From: Camelus dromedarius
Lineage: Eukaryota
Reading direction: 5' to 3'
Assembly: GCF_036321535.1 (NCBI RefSeq)
Contig: NC_087436.1
Location: 27,530,001 to 27,594,000, forward strand
DNA: 64,000 bases
Shown: in pieces, positions 24,640 through 37,312 of the stretch
How the letters are laid out: every line of letters starts with the position of its first letter
Position numbering within the stretch: position 1 is the first letter of the stretch
Notes under the pieces: model-generated
Told to the model about the DNA's origin: nothing
Database searches by the model: none
What the model saw: only the letters and a program-made list of their open reading frames with translations
Program-made: the position numbers and the translations under genes

Positions 24640-27600
24640 AGCTAGGAGATTATATGATCCCTCAGAAAATGTATTAGCCCACTAGGATGGTACTTTATCT
24701 ACTTAACCAAAAAACTGTATTCTATATCTGGTGAAGAGAGAGCTCTGAATTGAATCATCAGGTGGAGATTTACTGTAATCTCATCAAATTCACATACATT
24801 AATTTCTTTTAAAAACAGAGTCCTTCGAAGGAAGAGAAAAACAACATATTTGGCTGAAGGACTTTACAAAGACATCTTAAGTATATACAGCATATCTACT
24901 TCTGAGGCTTCCCCTAAGAGATCTACTTTGATTTCCCAGAGCAACTTGCACTGAGGAGAAAACCAAATATATACATGTATATTCTTTTCTGGAGTAATCC
25001 AACACTGGCTCTAAACCAATTCTGTTCTCTTGGATCTAGGAATGCCATAGTGATTCACTGATCTGAATAAGGGTTTATGAGGGTCAGATGATAAATAGAA
25101 TTTACTCTGTTTATGAACTCACACTGTGGTTATTTCCCCAGTTTCTGAACGTGTGGTTAGAATATAAACACTCAGACACTGGTAAAATCCTCATAGTACT
25201 TCCCTGTAGAGTGAGGGTTATTGGTTGACAAGCTAAGTGGAAGCTAATGAATCCCTGAAGGCTTTATAAAATGTAGGGTCATTATCAACAGCATCAAGGA
25301 AGGAACAGAAATGGCCTCAGTCACACCTCTATTTATCTTATCTTTCTGACTTGTGCAAAAAAAAAAAAAAAAATGAGTCTTAGAAAAATAAAGTACTCCA
25401 AAGTTAATTAGGTGAGGATCATCTATATTTAATTTTGATTATTTTTATTGCAACAAATTAACTTGGCCCCTAACACCTATTATGCAGCTATTACTCTGTT
25501 AAAGATTATGTTTTGTTTTTCTCTATCCCAATAATCAGAAGAACAGAGGAGGCATTATGCTTTCCTCCAACAAATACAACAGTAAATCTTCAGTGGTCTG
25601 CTTGAGGCTATGCAACACTTTGCTTCTTGGTCACAATGTAGCCTGCAGGGCCTTAATTAACTATATTAGTGCAGTTTACTTGCTGATAGTACCTACTGAG
25701 CAGGAAGTAGCATTTGATGGATGCCAGAAAATGAGAGTGATACTCTAGAGCAGTACAAGCATCTGATAGTTTCTATTATCTATAGATCTAGACATGTTAG
25801 GACACCCCTTCTTCAGAAGAAAGGACATGTTGCTTCAATTTACTTTCTCTGCTACTGAGAAAAAGTCATAATGGTTGTTGGGATCTAGAGGGAATTAATA
25901 GTCCATTTAATTATATTGCTCAGACACCTTTACCAAGTGGCCTAGTTTTGGGTTTCACTGAGAGCAAGAAAAAGCTCTCCAGCTAGCTCAGATTTGATCT
26001 AAGCAAAGGCTGTTTATGCCTAGCCCTTCTCAGCTTCTAAATTTGATGGTACTTAAAATGCCTGTGTGATCGGGATGATTCATACAGCCAATCATAGGCT
26101 TGGATAGGCAAGTCAGAGCAGAGGACACTTAGGTTTTAGAGCAAAGCCACATTCTCTTGGATATTCTCAGCTTGTTATTTTGCCATGCTAGATACTGAAC
26201 ATCTGATGATGCAGCACCAAGTGACTGAATTCCCCATCATAAACTTGGTGTTACCTGATCCAAAAACATAAAGCCAGTCACACCAAGAAGCACTTTCTTA
26301 CAATTGAACGTGGTATATTTGAGACAGATTAAGCAGGTCTTCATTTCCCTGTGTGCTTACTCTTGCCACTTCTCTCTGAACACACATTTATAGACTCATC
26401 AGAGTTTTCTGTGACGGTTAACTGGGGAGAAAAAGTTTGACCCCGAAGTAGAATGCCATGGTTAGACAGGCTAGCTGGGAGGAGGATGGGAAAAGAAAAT
26501 CTCGGCAGTAAGCAAAACGTTAAGAGTCACATATTGTTTTCCATTTGGCCTGGGATTAGAGATTACTGGAAATTCAACTGGTGGCCATTCATGGGCAGTA
26601 TCTAATAGTTTGTTCAAATGATGAGGAATTTGGAAACAAGAAGACTGGAGGACTGATTACAGAGCAGTTTATGGAGGAGAAATGTGGGTAAACTTCACTA
26701 AATGGGCATAGAAAATGAGAATTTTTATGGCCAACATGACTATCCTATAGAGGAGGTTGTCAATAGTTGGTTGAACAAGGTACCCTATTTTAAGGCTGTC
26801 AGTCAGCTTCTTCTCACATCTATCCCAGCTCTTGTTCAATGAATATAAAATGTGGTTATAGTGTCAGGAATGGAGGTTATGTGATAATGCACTGGCTCAA
26901 TAGCTTGGATTTCCTTACAACAAGGCATATCTAACACTTTCAATGCTAAGTCCCTAATCTAAAAATTACAGTAAACTGTTAATATGATGCCATATTCTAG
27001 GAGAATCAGCCAGCCATCTAGTAGCACAATGATTGCATCAGATCTCTTTTTTTGGGGAGAGTTCAATAATTTTTCCTAACTGTAATAAATACTTATTTAA
27101 AAATAATTATGTCTTCTGTCCACCAAGCTGTTGTAAACATACCCTTAACTGATTTACCAGATACCTTATTCACCATCATTTTCACATACAATACTTCTTC
27201 TCAAGGAATTAATTTTACCACAAAATAAATAAAACAACTGTCATTGTACAGGGTTCACAGATATATCAGAAGCAGCTACTCATAGAGAATCAGGTGAACT
27301 ACTGAAGACTCAACTAGTTTCAAATAAGTGGGAAAAGAACCTGTACTTTAGGGGTTTGATATTACAGGATGATATTCTCTACGGCTGTGGCCTATATGTT
27401 CTGGTACTAAGGGATGTACTTAATGGTGGTACCTCTCAAAATTATATAATTTTTGTAAGTACACAGTTATATATAATTATTTTTTTCAACCATATGAAAT
27501 GATAAATAGAAAAGTTCGCTTCCTGTCTCTTCAACTTCTTAGTATATTTTAATAATTTGATACCCAAGGGTGTCATGTTTCCACAGGGACGTAAGAATGA

Positions 27601-28060
27601 GATCACTGAACCAAAAACTAAAACTTTCACCAAGCAATTTTGGAAAACTCATGCCACCAGTACAATAACCAAAAAGATGGAATTATTCTAGTCTCGGTGT
27701 TTTGTCTTTCTAATCACAGTTTATATGTTTGCTGCAACAAAATCAAAAGAGGGAACTCAACTCAATGAATCATCTCAAGCACATCTTAGTCCTGCCATTT
27801 GCTTTGGTAGATTAGAAATATTCAAACTGTCATGCCAAGCAAGGGACCTGAACAATCGAGAATAAAAATTTCAGTAATCACCCCTCCACCTTTAAATAGG
27901 GAACATTCACAAGGTGAGGTGTTCAGAAAGGGTAAAAGGAACATGGAATGGGTAATGGAAAATAAATACCATGAATGACAACCAAGTCTTGAGAATCCTT
28001 AAGGGAATGAGAATACCTGCAGTTATCTGTATTTTTCTCTTTTCACTTATTGATAAAGAT
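24640..28060 (+). mobile_element. Decayed ERVL internal region (protease-RT-RNase H-integrase remnants)
   Basis: Degenerate matches to ERVL motifs: DTGS protease-like (aacactggctct ~25010), VGAYGGQ-like (~25070), PVQK...W and YAAIDL...FFSIP-like (~25350-25530). No intact ORF. Confidence 0.7.
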
Positions 28061-28104
28061 ATAAGTATATACTATAGATACAACATATATATGCATGAAC
28101 AATA

Positions 28105-29020
28105 TATGTCTAGATAAGCATGGACTGTTGAGGCTAATAGAATAAGTCAGAAGTGACGACATGTGATTTCTGATACTATATGAGGAGTCATGCAGCATCT
28201 TTCTTGCACACCCCAGCATTCAAGCTGTGAGCCCTGAACTCCTACACTGTGGGCAAGCCCAGGCCACAGGAAAAGGTCACTTTATGCATTTTATTCTACA
28301 ACAGAGGTCCCAAATGCATGCGTGTGAATAGGCCATGCCGGATATTTAGCCCTGTAGAGTATTCAGATGACTGCAGCCCTAACCAATATGTGACTACAGC
28401 TGCATATAGACCCAAGAGAGAATTATGAGAAAAACATGATGTGTGAAGCTGCTAAGCTGTGAGATAATGTTTCTCTATCATGGGAACTGGTACGGCATCT
28501 TTACTGATGCCGAGTAACCACGTGGAAGGGGGGCCCTCTATCGGTAGAGCTGACACATTTTCCAATTCCCACTCCGATGCCCTTTAAGCATATGGAATCT
28601 GGACTCTGGGGTCTGGCAAACTTACATTTGCTATATTTCCTGGCAGCTAGGGCACCAGATGTGATTTGGATTCCTGTAATTAGATTCATTCATAATGGGC
28701 TTATTTAAGAATTGTGTAATGTAATCAGAGCAGTATGGTTCTAGACTAATGACTTCCTAATTTTTCAGAAGACTTTCCAGTTTGGTAGTTTTGGGTTTGT
28801 CACAGAAAGGCATTCATCCTGGAGTCTGCAACATTTTTAGCTTCCTGCGTTTGTAGAGTCCCATCAATGGCTCTTACGGTGGCCCACTGCTGTAACTGTA
28901 CAAGCTAAGCCTAGAGTCTCTTTGTCCCTCCTAAAAGTTTGGTGAGTTACCTCTACCGCTTAATGGATCCCCTTAAACTAGCCAATTTGGATTCTGTTGC
29001 CTACAAATAAGCAATCTGAC
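28105..29020 (+). mobile_element. MLT1H/J-like LTR (~28105-28490) followed by an ERVL-type LTR (~28500-29020)
   Basis: cagatgactgcagccc...gctgctaag for the first; cctggcagctagg...aaactagcc...ggattctgttgcctacaa for the second. Confidence 0.55.
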
Positions 29021-29142
29021 TTCTTCTCTGGCTTCTTGGGAAGACATTAAAAAAAAAAAAAAAGGCAAAACAAAAACCAAGTAAACTGTCTGGAATACAC
29101 CAGCTCAAGAGATGTTAATTTTCTTCTTTTCCATTATGTTAC

Positions 29143-29216
29143 CCTCTTGAAGGTACTGGTGAGTTGCATTAATATTTTAGTTTATTTCTGAACAACTTTC
29201 ATGTTTTTAACATTTC
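29143..29216 (-). pseudogene. Pseudo-exon (74 nt, probable 1-nt frameshift)
   Basis: Splice sites atttttctttggag|GA...GAGG|gtaaca. Reads GNVKNMKVVQK*/(fs)NINATHQYLQE, joining G-LNLP of the next exon. Confidence 0.5.
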
Positions 29217-29788
29217 CTCCAAAGAAAAATAGAATTAACATGATGCATTTCACAAGACAAAAAGGACAGTCACAGTGCACTAGTTTTGTAAAAGTTCTAC
29301 CCTTTACAAAGTCTAATTTATAAGAGAAGGACTTATGAATAAATATGCCTATTTCCTGTACTTCTAATAATGGTCTAATAATGCTGGTAACTATAAGATT
29401 AAAATCAAAAGAAGTTGCCTTTTCTGTTTAATAAGAATGTCATAACCTCTTTTCATCTTTTATTACTAAGGTTTATCTTTCATAATCATGTTCAATCCTA
29501 TGGGTACAGGATAAAAAGATTTGAAGTAGCTAGCACAGAGAAAAGTTCATTATGAAAGGGAACTGATTGTCAATATTGGAAAAATAATCTAACAATAGAT
29601 TATCATCTTGCATTTTAATTTAACTTGGCTAAGTAGACAAACAGGTCTAAGGATCTGCAAATACCTTTAATATTTGAGGAGGAAAAAGAATTTGAAGCTA
29701 AAATCACGTTGGATTTTTGAAGCAGTACACATCCTTTGTATGTTAAAATTGTAATGATAAAAATCTCTCTTTTATAATGGAAGTTTAC

Positions 29789-29936
29789 CTTTAACTACTC
29801 AAAAGAAAGACAAGTGTTCCTCAATCTCCTGTAAGAATCAAATCTGTCCTTCAATATCCTAAATTTTGCCTTCTTTTTTTGAGAATGTAATAAGGAAATA
29901 TCACAAAAAAGATATTGCAGTATTTCTTTAGACCAT
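29789..29936 (-). pseudogene. Pseudo-exon (148 nt, phase 0 to 1), RGS-like helices 3-4
   Basis: Splice sites ttctattcataatag|ATG...AAA G|gtaaac. Translation MV*RNTAISFL*YFLITFSKKEGKI*DIEGQI*FLQEIEEHLSFF*VVK. Confidence 0.65.
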
Positions 29937-30461
29937 CTATTATGAATAGAATAAAACATAAATATATTTAAAACTATTAAGACATTCACATTACCATTTT
30001 CTCCATAGTTTGAAATAATGTCGGTCTCAGATTTGGGGTAAGACTGTTGACTGTGCTTCATTTAATTGTTGACTAGGTCTAATTTTGTAATATATATTAC
30101 TTCTCAAAGAGTAATTTTCTTTCTTTTTTAACATGGAGCTATACTACTAATCATATTTCTTACTTAATGAATCTGCTTATCCCTAAAGAGAAGAAACATT
30201 TCCAAGCTGTTTTCATATACAAAGTATATAATATACAATCACATGGGTAGCTTCTCTATGTAACAACTTAAGTACGTCAGCACCATAGAACTAAGTGAAA
30301 AAAGACAGCAGCTGATGTAACAAAGAAGTCACTACTGGAAAAGGAAAGAAGAGATTTTGCAAGAAAATTAATATTGTATCTAAATATTCAGTGTGAATAA
30401 CTCAATATCCAGTGATAGAAGTAGAAAAGATGATTTGTTTTTACTCCTGAAATACCAATAC

Positions 30462-30623
30462 CTCTAATTTTGTTCAGATGTAGTTGGCCGAGAGAAGGCT
30501 GACTTTTTGAAAAGCAGCAGCAAGTAACAGACTGAAATACTTTTTTCAGGTATGAATTTTGCCATCACACTGAAAACATTCCCAGTCCTGATAATGTTCA
30601 ATAAATTCACAGGTGCTGTCAAG
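30462..30623 (-). pseudogene. Pseudo-exon (162 nt, phase 0 to 0)
   Basis: Splice sites atttttactgtcag|CTT...GAG|gtattg. Translation LDSTCEFIEHYQDWECFQCDGKIHT*KKYFSLLLAAAFQKVSLLSANYI*TKLE; both stops are TGA. Confidence 0.6.
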
Positions 30624-31019
30624 CTGACAGTAAAAATGGCAGATGAAGAGAAGCCAGTGTAGCTGGGAAGAGACTGCACCCATGTAGTGAGGCAGTAAGG
30701 ACAGATTACACTTAGTACGTTAAACTAAATAAGTTGCTTGTATCATTATATTTCAAAATATTTTCCTAGGTTTTTTTTTTTTTTTTTTACCAATTTAATA
30801 TGCATCAATAGCTATTTAGGTGTAATTTTTCTTTGATGAGGCATTAAAATAAGTCTTACATGTATACAAAATTGTATTCATTAATTCATTTGTAATAAGC
30901 TGGCCTATCAATCTTGTCTTTGCTATTGTTGAGCAGAAAATACATATAATAGGAAAACCCTAGAGGCAATTCCATTAAAATGGGGACTAAAATAACAATG
31001 CACTCTATAACAGTTTTAA

Positions 31020-31500
31020 AATATGTCAGCAAAATATTTGATGTTTCTTCCATAAAAACCAGAGTCTAATATCTTTCCCCTTGAATATGGGCCAGCTTTA
31101 GTCATACTTTTGATGAATAGAATGGGGCAGAAGTGATACTGCTTGTCTTTCCAGACAGGATGATAAAAAGCAATACACCTTTAACCTGTCTCTCTTCTCT
31201 TCACTGTGATGATTTTACTTGGAACCCATCTATCACACGGTAAGGAAGCCAAGCAGCCACATGGAATGGCGAGTCTAAGTGCTGGGCCCCAAGCTCAGCT
31301 GATGACCAAGCTGACAGTCAGCTTCAATCTCCAGAGGTGAGTGTAAGCATTTGAACTGTACCAACCCCCAAGCTTCAAACTCTCTCAGCTGACAGCAGGT
31401 GAAGCAGTGATGACCCTGCTGGATTTTGCCCAAATTCCAAATTTGTGATGTTATTTTGAACCAACAGGTTTTTGTTATGCAGCAATGCGTAACTGAAACA
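31020..31500 (+). mobile_element. MaLR LTR (MLT1F/G/H-like)
   Basis: ccccttgaatatggg...aatagaatggggcagaagtga...ttgttatgcagcaat...taactgaaaca. Confidence 0.75.
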
Positions 31501-31549
31501 CGAGCTATCACTAATATTACTTAATTTTCTTCAGTAAGGGTTTTTCCAA

Positions 31550-32370
31550 TTCATTCATGCATTAGTTTATTCATTCAACAAATAGTTATTGTACACCTAC
31601 CCTATACTAGGTGCAGTTTGAGGCACTGCAAGGGGTACATCAGGGAACACACACACAAAAAAATCCCTGTCCCCACTAAAATTATTAGAGGCAGAGACAG
31701 AAAAGGTATAATGTTCAGCAGCAATGAGTGTCAGAAGGAAAAAAAATAAAGGTAAGTAGAGAGAGTGACAGGGTGATGTCATTCTAGATAGAGTGTCAAA
31801 AGGAATCATCTCTGAGGGGTAACATTTCAGAAGAGACAAGGAAAAAGCAGGAAGCAAAACACTTTTATATCTGGATAAAATACTACAGGCAAAGGGAAGG
31901 CAGAATATTTAAGAACAAAGAAGGACATCAGTGTGGCTGGAGCACAGGAAGCAAGAGGAAGTGTAGATAGAAAACAGATCATGGCCAGGTAATGTTGGGA
32001 TTTGTTGCCTGTCTTAGAGGGTGACCTATATCCTAATTAACATATAAATCTGGACTTAGACTAAATGTAATGGGAATCCTGTACAGGATTCTGAACTAGC
32101 AACTGGCATAAAATTATATGATAATAAATTTTATTACATAAATTTGAGAAAACAACTGACATAAAAATGAAAACTCTGGCTTCTGTGGGGAAAATAGACT
32201 CTAGGGGTGTAATCATTGCAGTAGAGACCTGTCAACAGATCACTACAATACCCCAGGAAAGGTGGAGCAGTAGGTTGAGGACGGTAGCAGACATGCAGGT
32301 GAGAGACAGTCAAATGGAAAATAGATTTTGAAGAGAGAGAAAGAACAAGATTGCCAGCGGTTGGATGAAC
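31550..32370 (-). mobile_element. LINE-2 3' portion
   Basis: Reverse L2 3' end cattcattcaacaaata...tactaggtgc and internal motifs (tggctggagca, actctggct). Confidence 0.8.
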
Positions 32371-33434
32371 CAATGCAACAATCAATAAAATGCTAAGTGG
32401 TATTAATGACAGAAGAAAGATGCAAGTTGAATTATTTGCAGATAATGTGATGGCTTATGTAAAATTCTGAACATTAATAATCACCAAAGTGAATATGATA
32501 TAAAATATTATCCAATTTTGTAGCTGTCAGAATAGAGGCTTAGACAATTGGGTAATCTGGTGTAAAGTCACACACAGGTGGTAGATGGATTCAGACAAAT
32601 ACAAAATTTTGGAATCTAGAGGAGACAACTTTTTTCTGTCGTGCCTCAATTCTAAAACTACAAAGAATATTTCAGTACTACCTCCTTGCAGTCAATTAAC
32701 TGTAAACAAAAAATACAGTCTTAAAAAAATAATCAATTCCTTTATAATTTAAGTAACACAATTTCTGGATGTCAATTTTGTCATAGTATTCAAGAGTCCT
32801 AAAATGATTTATTTCCCATCAATTCTACTTTCCAATGGCTATGGAATTCTATGTATTATAGCTCATAGTCTAACTTTAGTAATTTATTAGAAATGCATCC
32901 AGGCTTTATATATGTAAACATTTAACACAACATTATTAATTATATTGAAAACAAACATTTATTAACACTTAGGTGAGGGTTAAATTAAAAAATTAAGTAA
33001 AGAAACACTGTGTGTCTGCTTGAAGTTCTTGATGTTAAACTTATGGGAAAATTACTGCCTCAGTGTCATTAAAAATCCTGACCATAGCCATCATCTCCCA
33101 AAATAAAAATATACCCTAAAGTCTACTCATTGAAAATGTCCAAATCTCTTAAAAATAGGTAATAATTAGCTGTTGTTAAAATTCTTAAACTGGTATTAAT
33201 TTTCCCTGAAAATGTATTGTATATCATTGTATATCTTTTCCTGCCTATCAGTATCAAATTAGAATACTTTATAATTCCAGATGAATATGTATATATTTAT
33301 AATGTGTTTCCTATAAGCCCATTTTTTCCTGATAATTTTTAATTAATACTCCATATTCAAAATGAGTATACATTTTCCAACCTTTAAGAAATCTCTGATT
33401 CTTTAATAGTTTATATGTCACAATATAATAATTA

Positions 33435-33620
33435 ATAGGTGGTTTTCAAACTTAGTTATTGGTTAGAATCACCTAAAATGTTAAAAAAAAAAAAAAAAGA
33501 CAAAACAAAATTGGTATTTAGACCTTACCTCCAGAAATTCTATGGCTCTGATGATATTGGTATGTTTGAAAAAATGCTCAAGTGATTACAATGCATCATC
33601 AGATTTGAAAATCACGATGG
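33435..33620. mobile_element. MER5-like hAT-Charlie MITE
   Basis: ggttttcaaactt...ttagaatcacct...tttgaaaatcac, with near-inverted ends. Confidence 0.6.
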
Positions 33621-34356
33621 TAAACTATAGAGTTGGTTTATTAATGAACCCCCTAACATTTATGTAACATTACACCATTTTTTGTAGTCAGAAAAATACA
33701 ACTTACAGTTTTCCAGCTTTAAAATATTTAAACAAGTATTAAAATCTGATGGTGAAGTTTGGGTAAACATTTTAAATGGTGTCTTAATGATACTGAGCCA
33801 GAAGCATATTATCAAATTAGTTTTGAAATTCATTCAAATAATCTTTAAAGAAAATAACTGGTTAAGAAAGAAATAGAAAATATATAACAAAATATAAACT
33901 GACTAGTTTAAAGGATAAATCAAGCCATTAAGTTAAGAAATTGCCTTATTTTAGCGATAGTTCCATTTTCACTTACTAATGAGAAGGTGTAGAACTTAAG
34001 AAAGTAAAACTTAAAAGCTAAAATTGTGATGTAATGTCTTCAGAGTTCAAACACCACATTATCTTTGAAAGTGAAAGGAAATGAAAGAGAATCAGTGATA
34101 ATGCCGTGAAGATGCAAACATGCAGACTACACACTTTACAAGAATCGGAATAGAGTCAATAACTTCTTCATCCTTATCCATTTTGTGTCAGATGTCAGTA
34201 TCATTCAAATTTAAGAGGAAATATATAGTGTCTCTATGGGGAGGATAAACGCACACCAGATACAAGTTCACAGTTCCATCTTTCTCCGGGGGCTATAGAT
34301 GGTTGAGAATAGACCCAAGCTGTAAAGGACGGTGGTTGTTGAAGGGAGTCTCTCAC

Positions 34357-34468
34357 CCAAACTTGAAGGAAATTCCGAAATATCTGAAGCAAGAAGCTTG
34401 GAGTCTTCATCAGAAAACCAAATGTGATGAGACGTAAACTTTTGCAAAAATTTGGGGCCAGATATGTG
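34357..34468 (-). pseudogene. Pseudo-exon (112 nt, phase 2 to 0)
   Basis: Splice sites cctttataactag|C...TGG|gtgaga. Open frame TYLAPNFCKSLRLITFGFLMKTPSFLLQIFRNFLQVW. Confidence 0.6.
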
Positions 34469-35237
34469 CTAGTTATAAAGGAATGTTTAATTTATAGAAA
34501 GTCACCAAGCTGCTCAATTCTCATAGGTATGGTTTCCTATATTCATGTAACACTTCAATAAATAATTTTAAAATATAATTTTCCATGGAGGAGAAAATAT
34601 TCCCTATGGGGGCATCAGAATTAGCTATACAAACACAAACTGGTATTTTAAGGCACTCATAGGAAAAGTGAGGGCTGCCCTCTGTGTGGGGTTCCTACAG
34701 AAGCCTATAAAATGAAAGGTTTTTATCTGCTAGAAAGAGAGACTCAAATAATTATACTCACCGACCAAGAGAGTTGGTGAGTAAGTTAGCTAAACAGTTA
34801 AGGCTTTCACAGCTAGCCTAAAACTACAAATTCCTATTAACTCCTCTGGACTTGAGAAACAAAGAATTTTATTCCATAATGCAATTACAATTTGCATAGT
34901 AGCCACATTTCAGTTGCAAAGAGCAAACAATAAAAAAAAAATTGTTTTTTCTTGTAATCCTCTCTTACCATGAATATTTTAGTGTTAAATTAACTTCTGG
35001 AGGTGAGGTAGGGTTTGGATAAACACAGCAGCAATGGAGTTCTTTAGCCTATGAGAAGCTTTCAGTGTTGAGCCCTAGGAGGCAGACAGGAGATCACGGT
35101 GTAGGGACAGGACTTCAAAAGGTAAAGAGTAAAAAGAAAAATGGACTAGGCAATACAAAAAAAGAAAAAAACAATACAAATGGTCTTTGAAAAAAATTTA
35201 CAGATGGGAAGCCACAAGCATTTAAAAACAAAGACTC

Positions 35238-36816
35238 ACAAAAGACCCAGAATTGCCAAAGCAATACTGAAGGAAAAGGACGAAGCTGGAGGAATAACAC
35301 TTACAGACTTCAGACAATACTACAGCTACAGTAATCAAAACAGCATGGTATTGACATAAAAACAGACATATGGATCAATGAAATAGAATAGAGAGCCCAG
35401 AAATAAATCCATAGACCTATGGTCAATTAATCTTTAACAAAGGAGGCAAGAATATACAATGGAGTAAAGACAGTCTCTTCAACAGGTGGTGTTGGGGAAA
35501 CTGGACAGCAGTATGTAAATCAATGATGTTAGAGCACTCCTTCACTCCATACATAAAAATAAACTCAAAATGGCTTAAAGACTTAAATATAAGACAAGAT
35601 ACAATAAATCTCCTAGAAGAAAACATAGGCAAAACATTCTGACATAAATCTTAGCAATGTTCTCCTAGGGCAGTCTACCCAGGAAATAGGAAAAAGAGCA
35701 AAAATTAACAAATAGACCTAATTAAACTCATAAGCTTTTGCACAGCAAAAGAAACCATAAGCAAAACAAAATGACAACCTACGGAATGGGAGAAAATATT
35801 TGCAAATGATGAGACTGACAAGGGCTTAATTTCCAGAATATATAAACAGCTAATACAACTTAATAACAAAAAGGCAGACAACCCAATCCAAAAATGGGCA
35901 GAGAAGTTAAACAAACAATTCTTCAATGAAGACATACAAATGGTCATTAGGCATGTGAAAAAATGCTCAGTATCACTAATGATCAGAGAAATGCAAATCA
36001 AAATTACAATGGGATATCACCTCACAGCTGTTAGAATGGCCATCATTCAAAAGTCCATGAATGATAAATGCTGGACAGGGTGTGGAGAAAAGGGAATCCT
36101 CCTACACTGCTGGTAGGAATGTAGTTTGGTGCAGTCATTATGGAAAACAGTATGGAGATTCCTCAAAAACCTAAAAATAGACCTACCATATGATCCAGCA
36201 ATCCTGCTTCTGGGTATATATCCAGAGAGAACTCTAATTTGAAGATACATGCACCCCAATGTTCATAGCAGCACTATATACAATAGCCAAGACATGGAAA
36301 CAACCTACATGTCCATTGACAGATGACTGGATAAAGAAGCTGTGGTATATTTATACAATGGAATACTACTCAGCCATAAAAAAGAATAAAATAATGCCAT
36401 CTGCAGCAACATGGATGGACATAGAGATCGTCATTCTAAGTGAAGTAAGCCAGAAAGAGAGAAAAATACCACATGATATCACTCACATATGGAATCTAAA
36501 TAAAAGACATTATGAATTCATCTACAAAACAGAAAGAGACTCACAGACTTAGTAGACAATTTTATGGTTACCTGGGAAGGTGGGGGACGGATAAATTTGG
36601 GAGTTTGCAATTTACAAACGTTAGCCACTATATATAAAAATATATTTTAAAAAAGTTTCTTCTGTATAACACAGGGGACTATCTTCAATATCTTGTAATA
36701 ACCTCTAATGGAAAAAAATGTGAAAATGAATATATGTATGTATATGCATGACTTCGGACACTGTACTACACAGTAGAAATTGACACATTGTAATTGACTG
36801 TACTTCAATTTTAAAA
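35238..36816 (+). mobile_element. 5'-truncated young L1 (ORF2 C-terminus plus 3'UTR)
   Basis: Close homology to the L1 at 20860; ORF 36259 is the ORF2 tail ([13 protein letters not shown]...YTMEYYSAIKKN); TSD AAAGACTC at 35230-35237 and 36817-36824. Confidence 0.95.
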
Positions 36817-37186
36817 AAAGACTCTCCTTATGTGTTTTCCAGGTTCCCATTATGCCAAAAGAGAATTTTAAAAAAGCTTTCTCTCCTCATTACTCTTCAC
36901 TTTAAGTAAGTATAGAACCAATACTTGAGTGAGTTCCTCTATTTCTAAGTCCTCTGCACAATTTTACTAACAGGATGTTAAAATCCTGTCTCCATTATGA
37001 CTTTTAACGACTATCATCAAGGGCTGGCAATTAATTATTTATGGTAAGGAAAGCTGGGATTCCCCAAGAAATAAAACATTTATTTGTGACGTGGGTGGCA
37101 TGCAAACATTAACTTTTAACTATACCCAATCTACTCTAGCCCCTTTGTTGGCAAAGTGACAGAATTTATTATAGAAAGTTCAAGAC

Positions 37187-37312
37187 CTTGTGCTTAAATC
37201 TTGTGAATTAACAAATTCCATGGTTTGTGACACAATCTCCCAAAACTTTACGCTACTTTTTGGGAACATTCTGGATATCTTCAGAATCTGCTGCCATACT
37301 TTGTCTTCTGGC
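37187..37312 (-). pseudogene. Pseudo-exon (126 nt, phase 2 to 2)
   Basis: Splice sites ttgttaattactag|G...AG|gtcttg (weak donor). Open frame PEDKVWQQILKISRMFPKSSVKFWEIVSQTMEFVNSQDLST; phases match both neighbours. Confidence 0.6.

Noticed and set aside
30478..30549. + strand exon-like segment (ttttgttcag|...tcag|gtatga)
   Set aside because: Overlaps the better-supported minus-strand exon, has a stop in its most plausible frame and has no partners.
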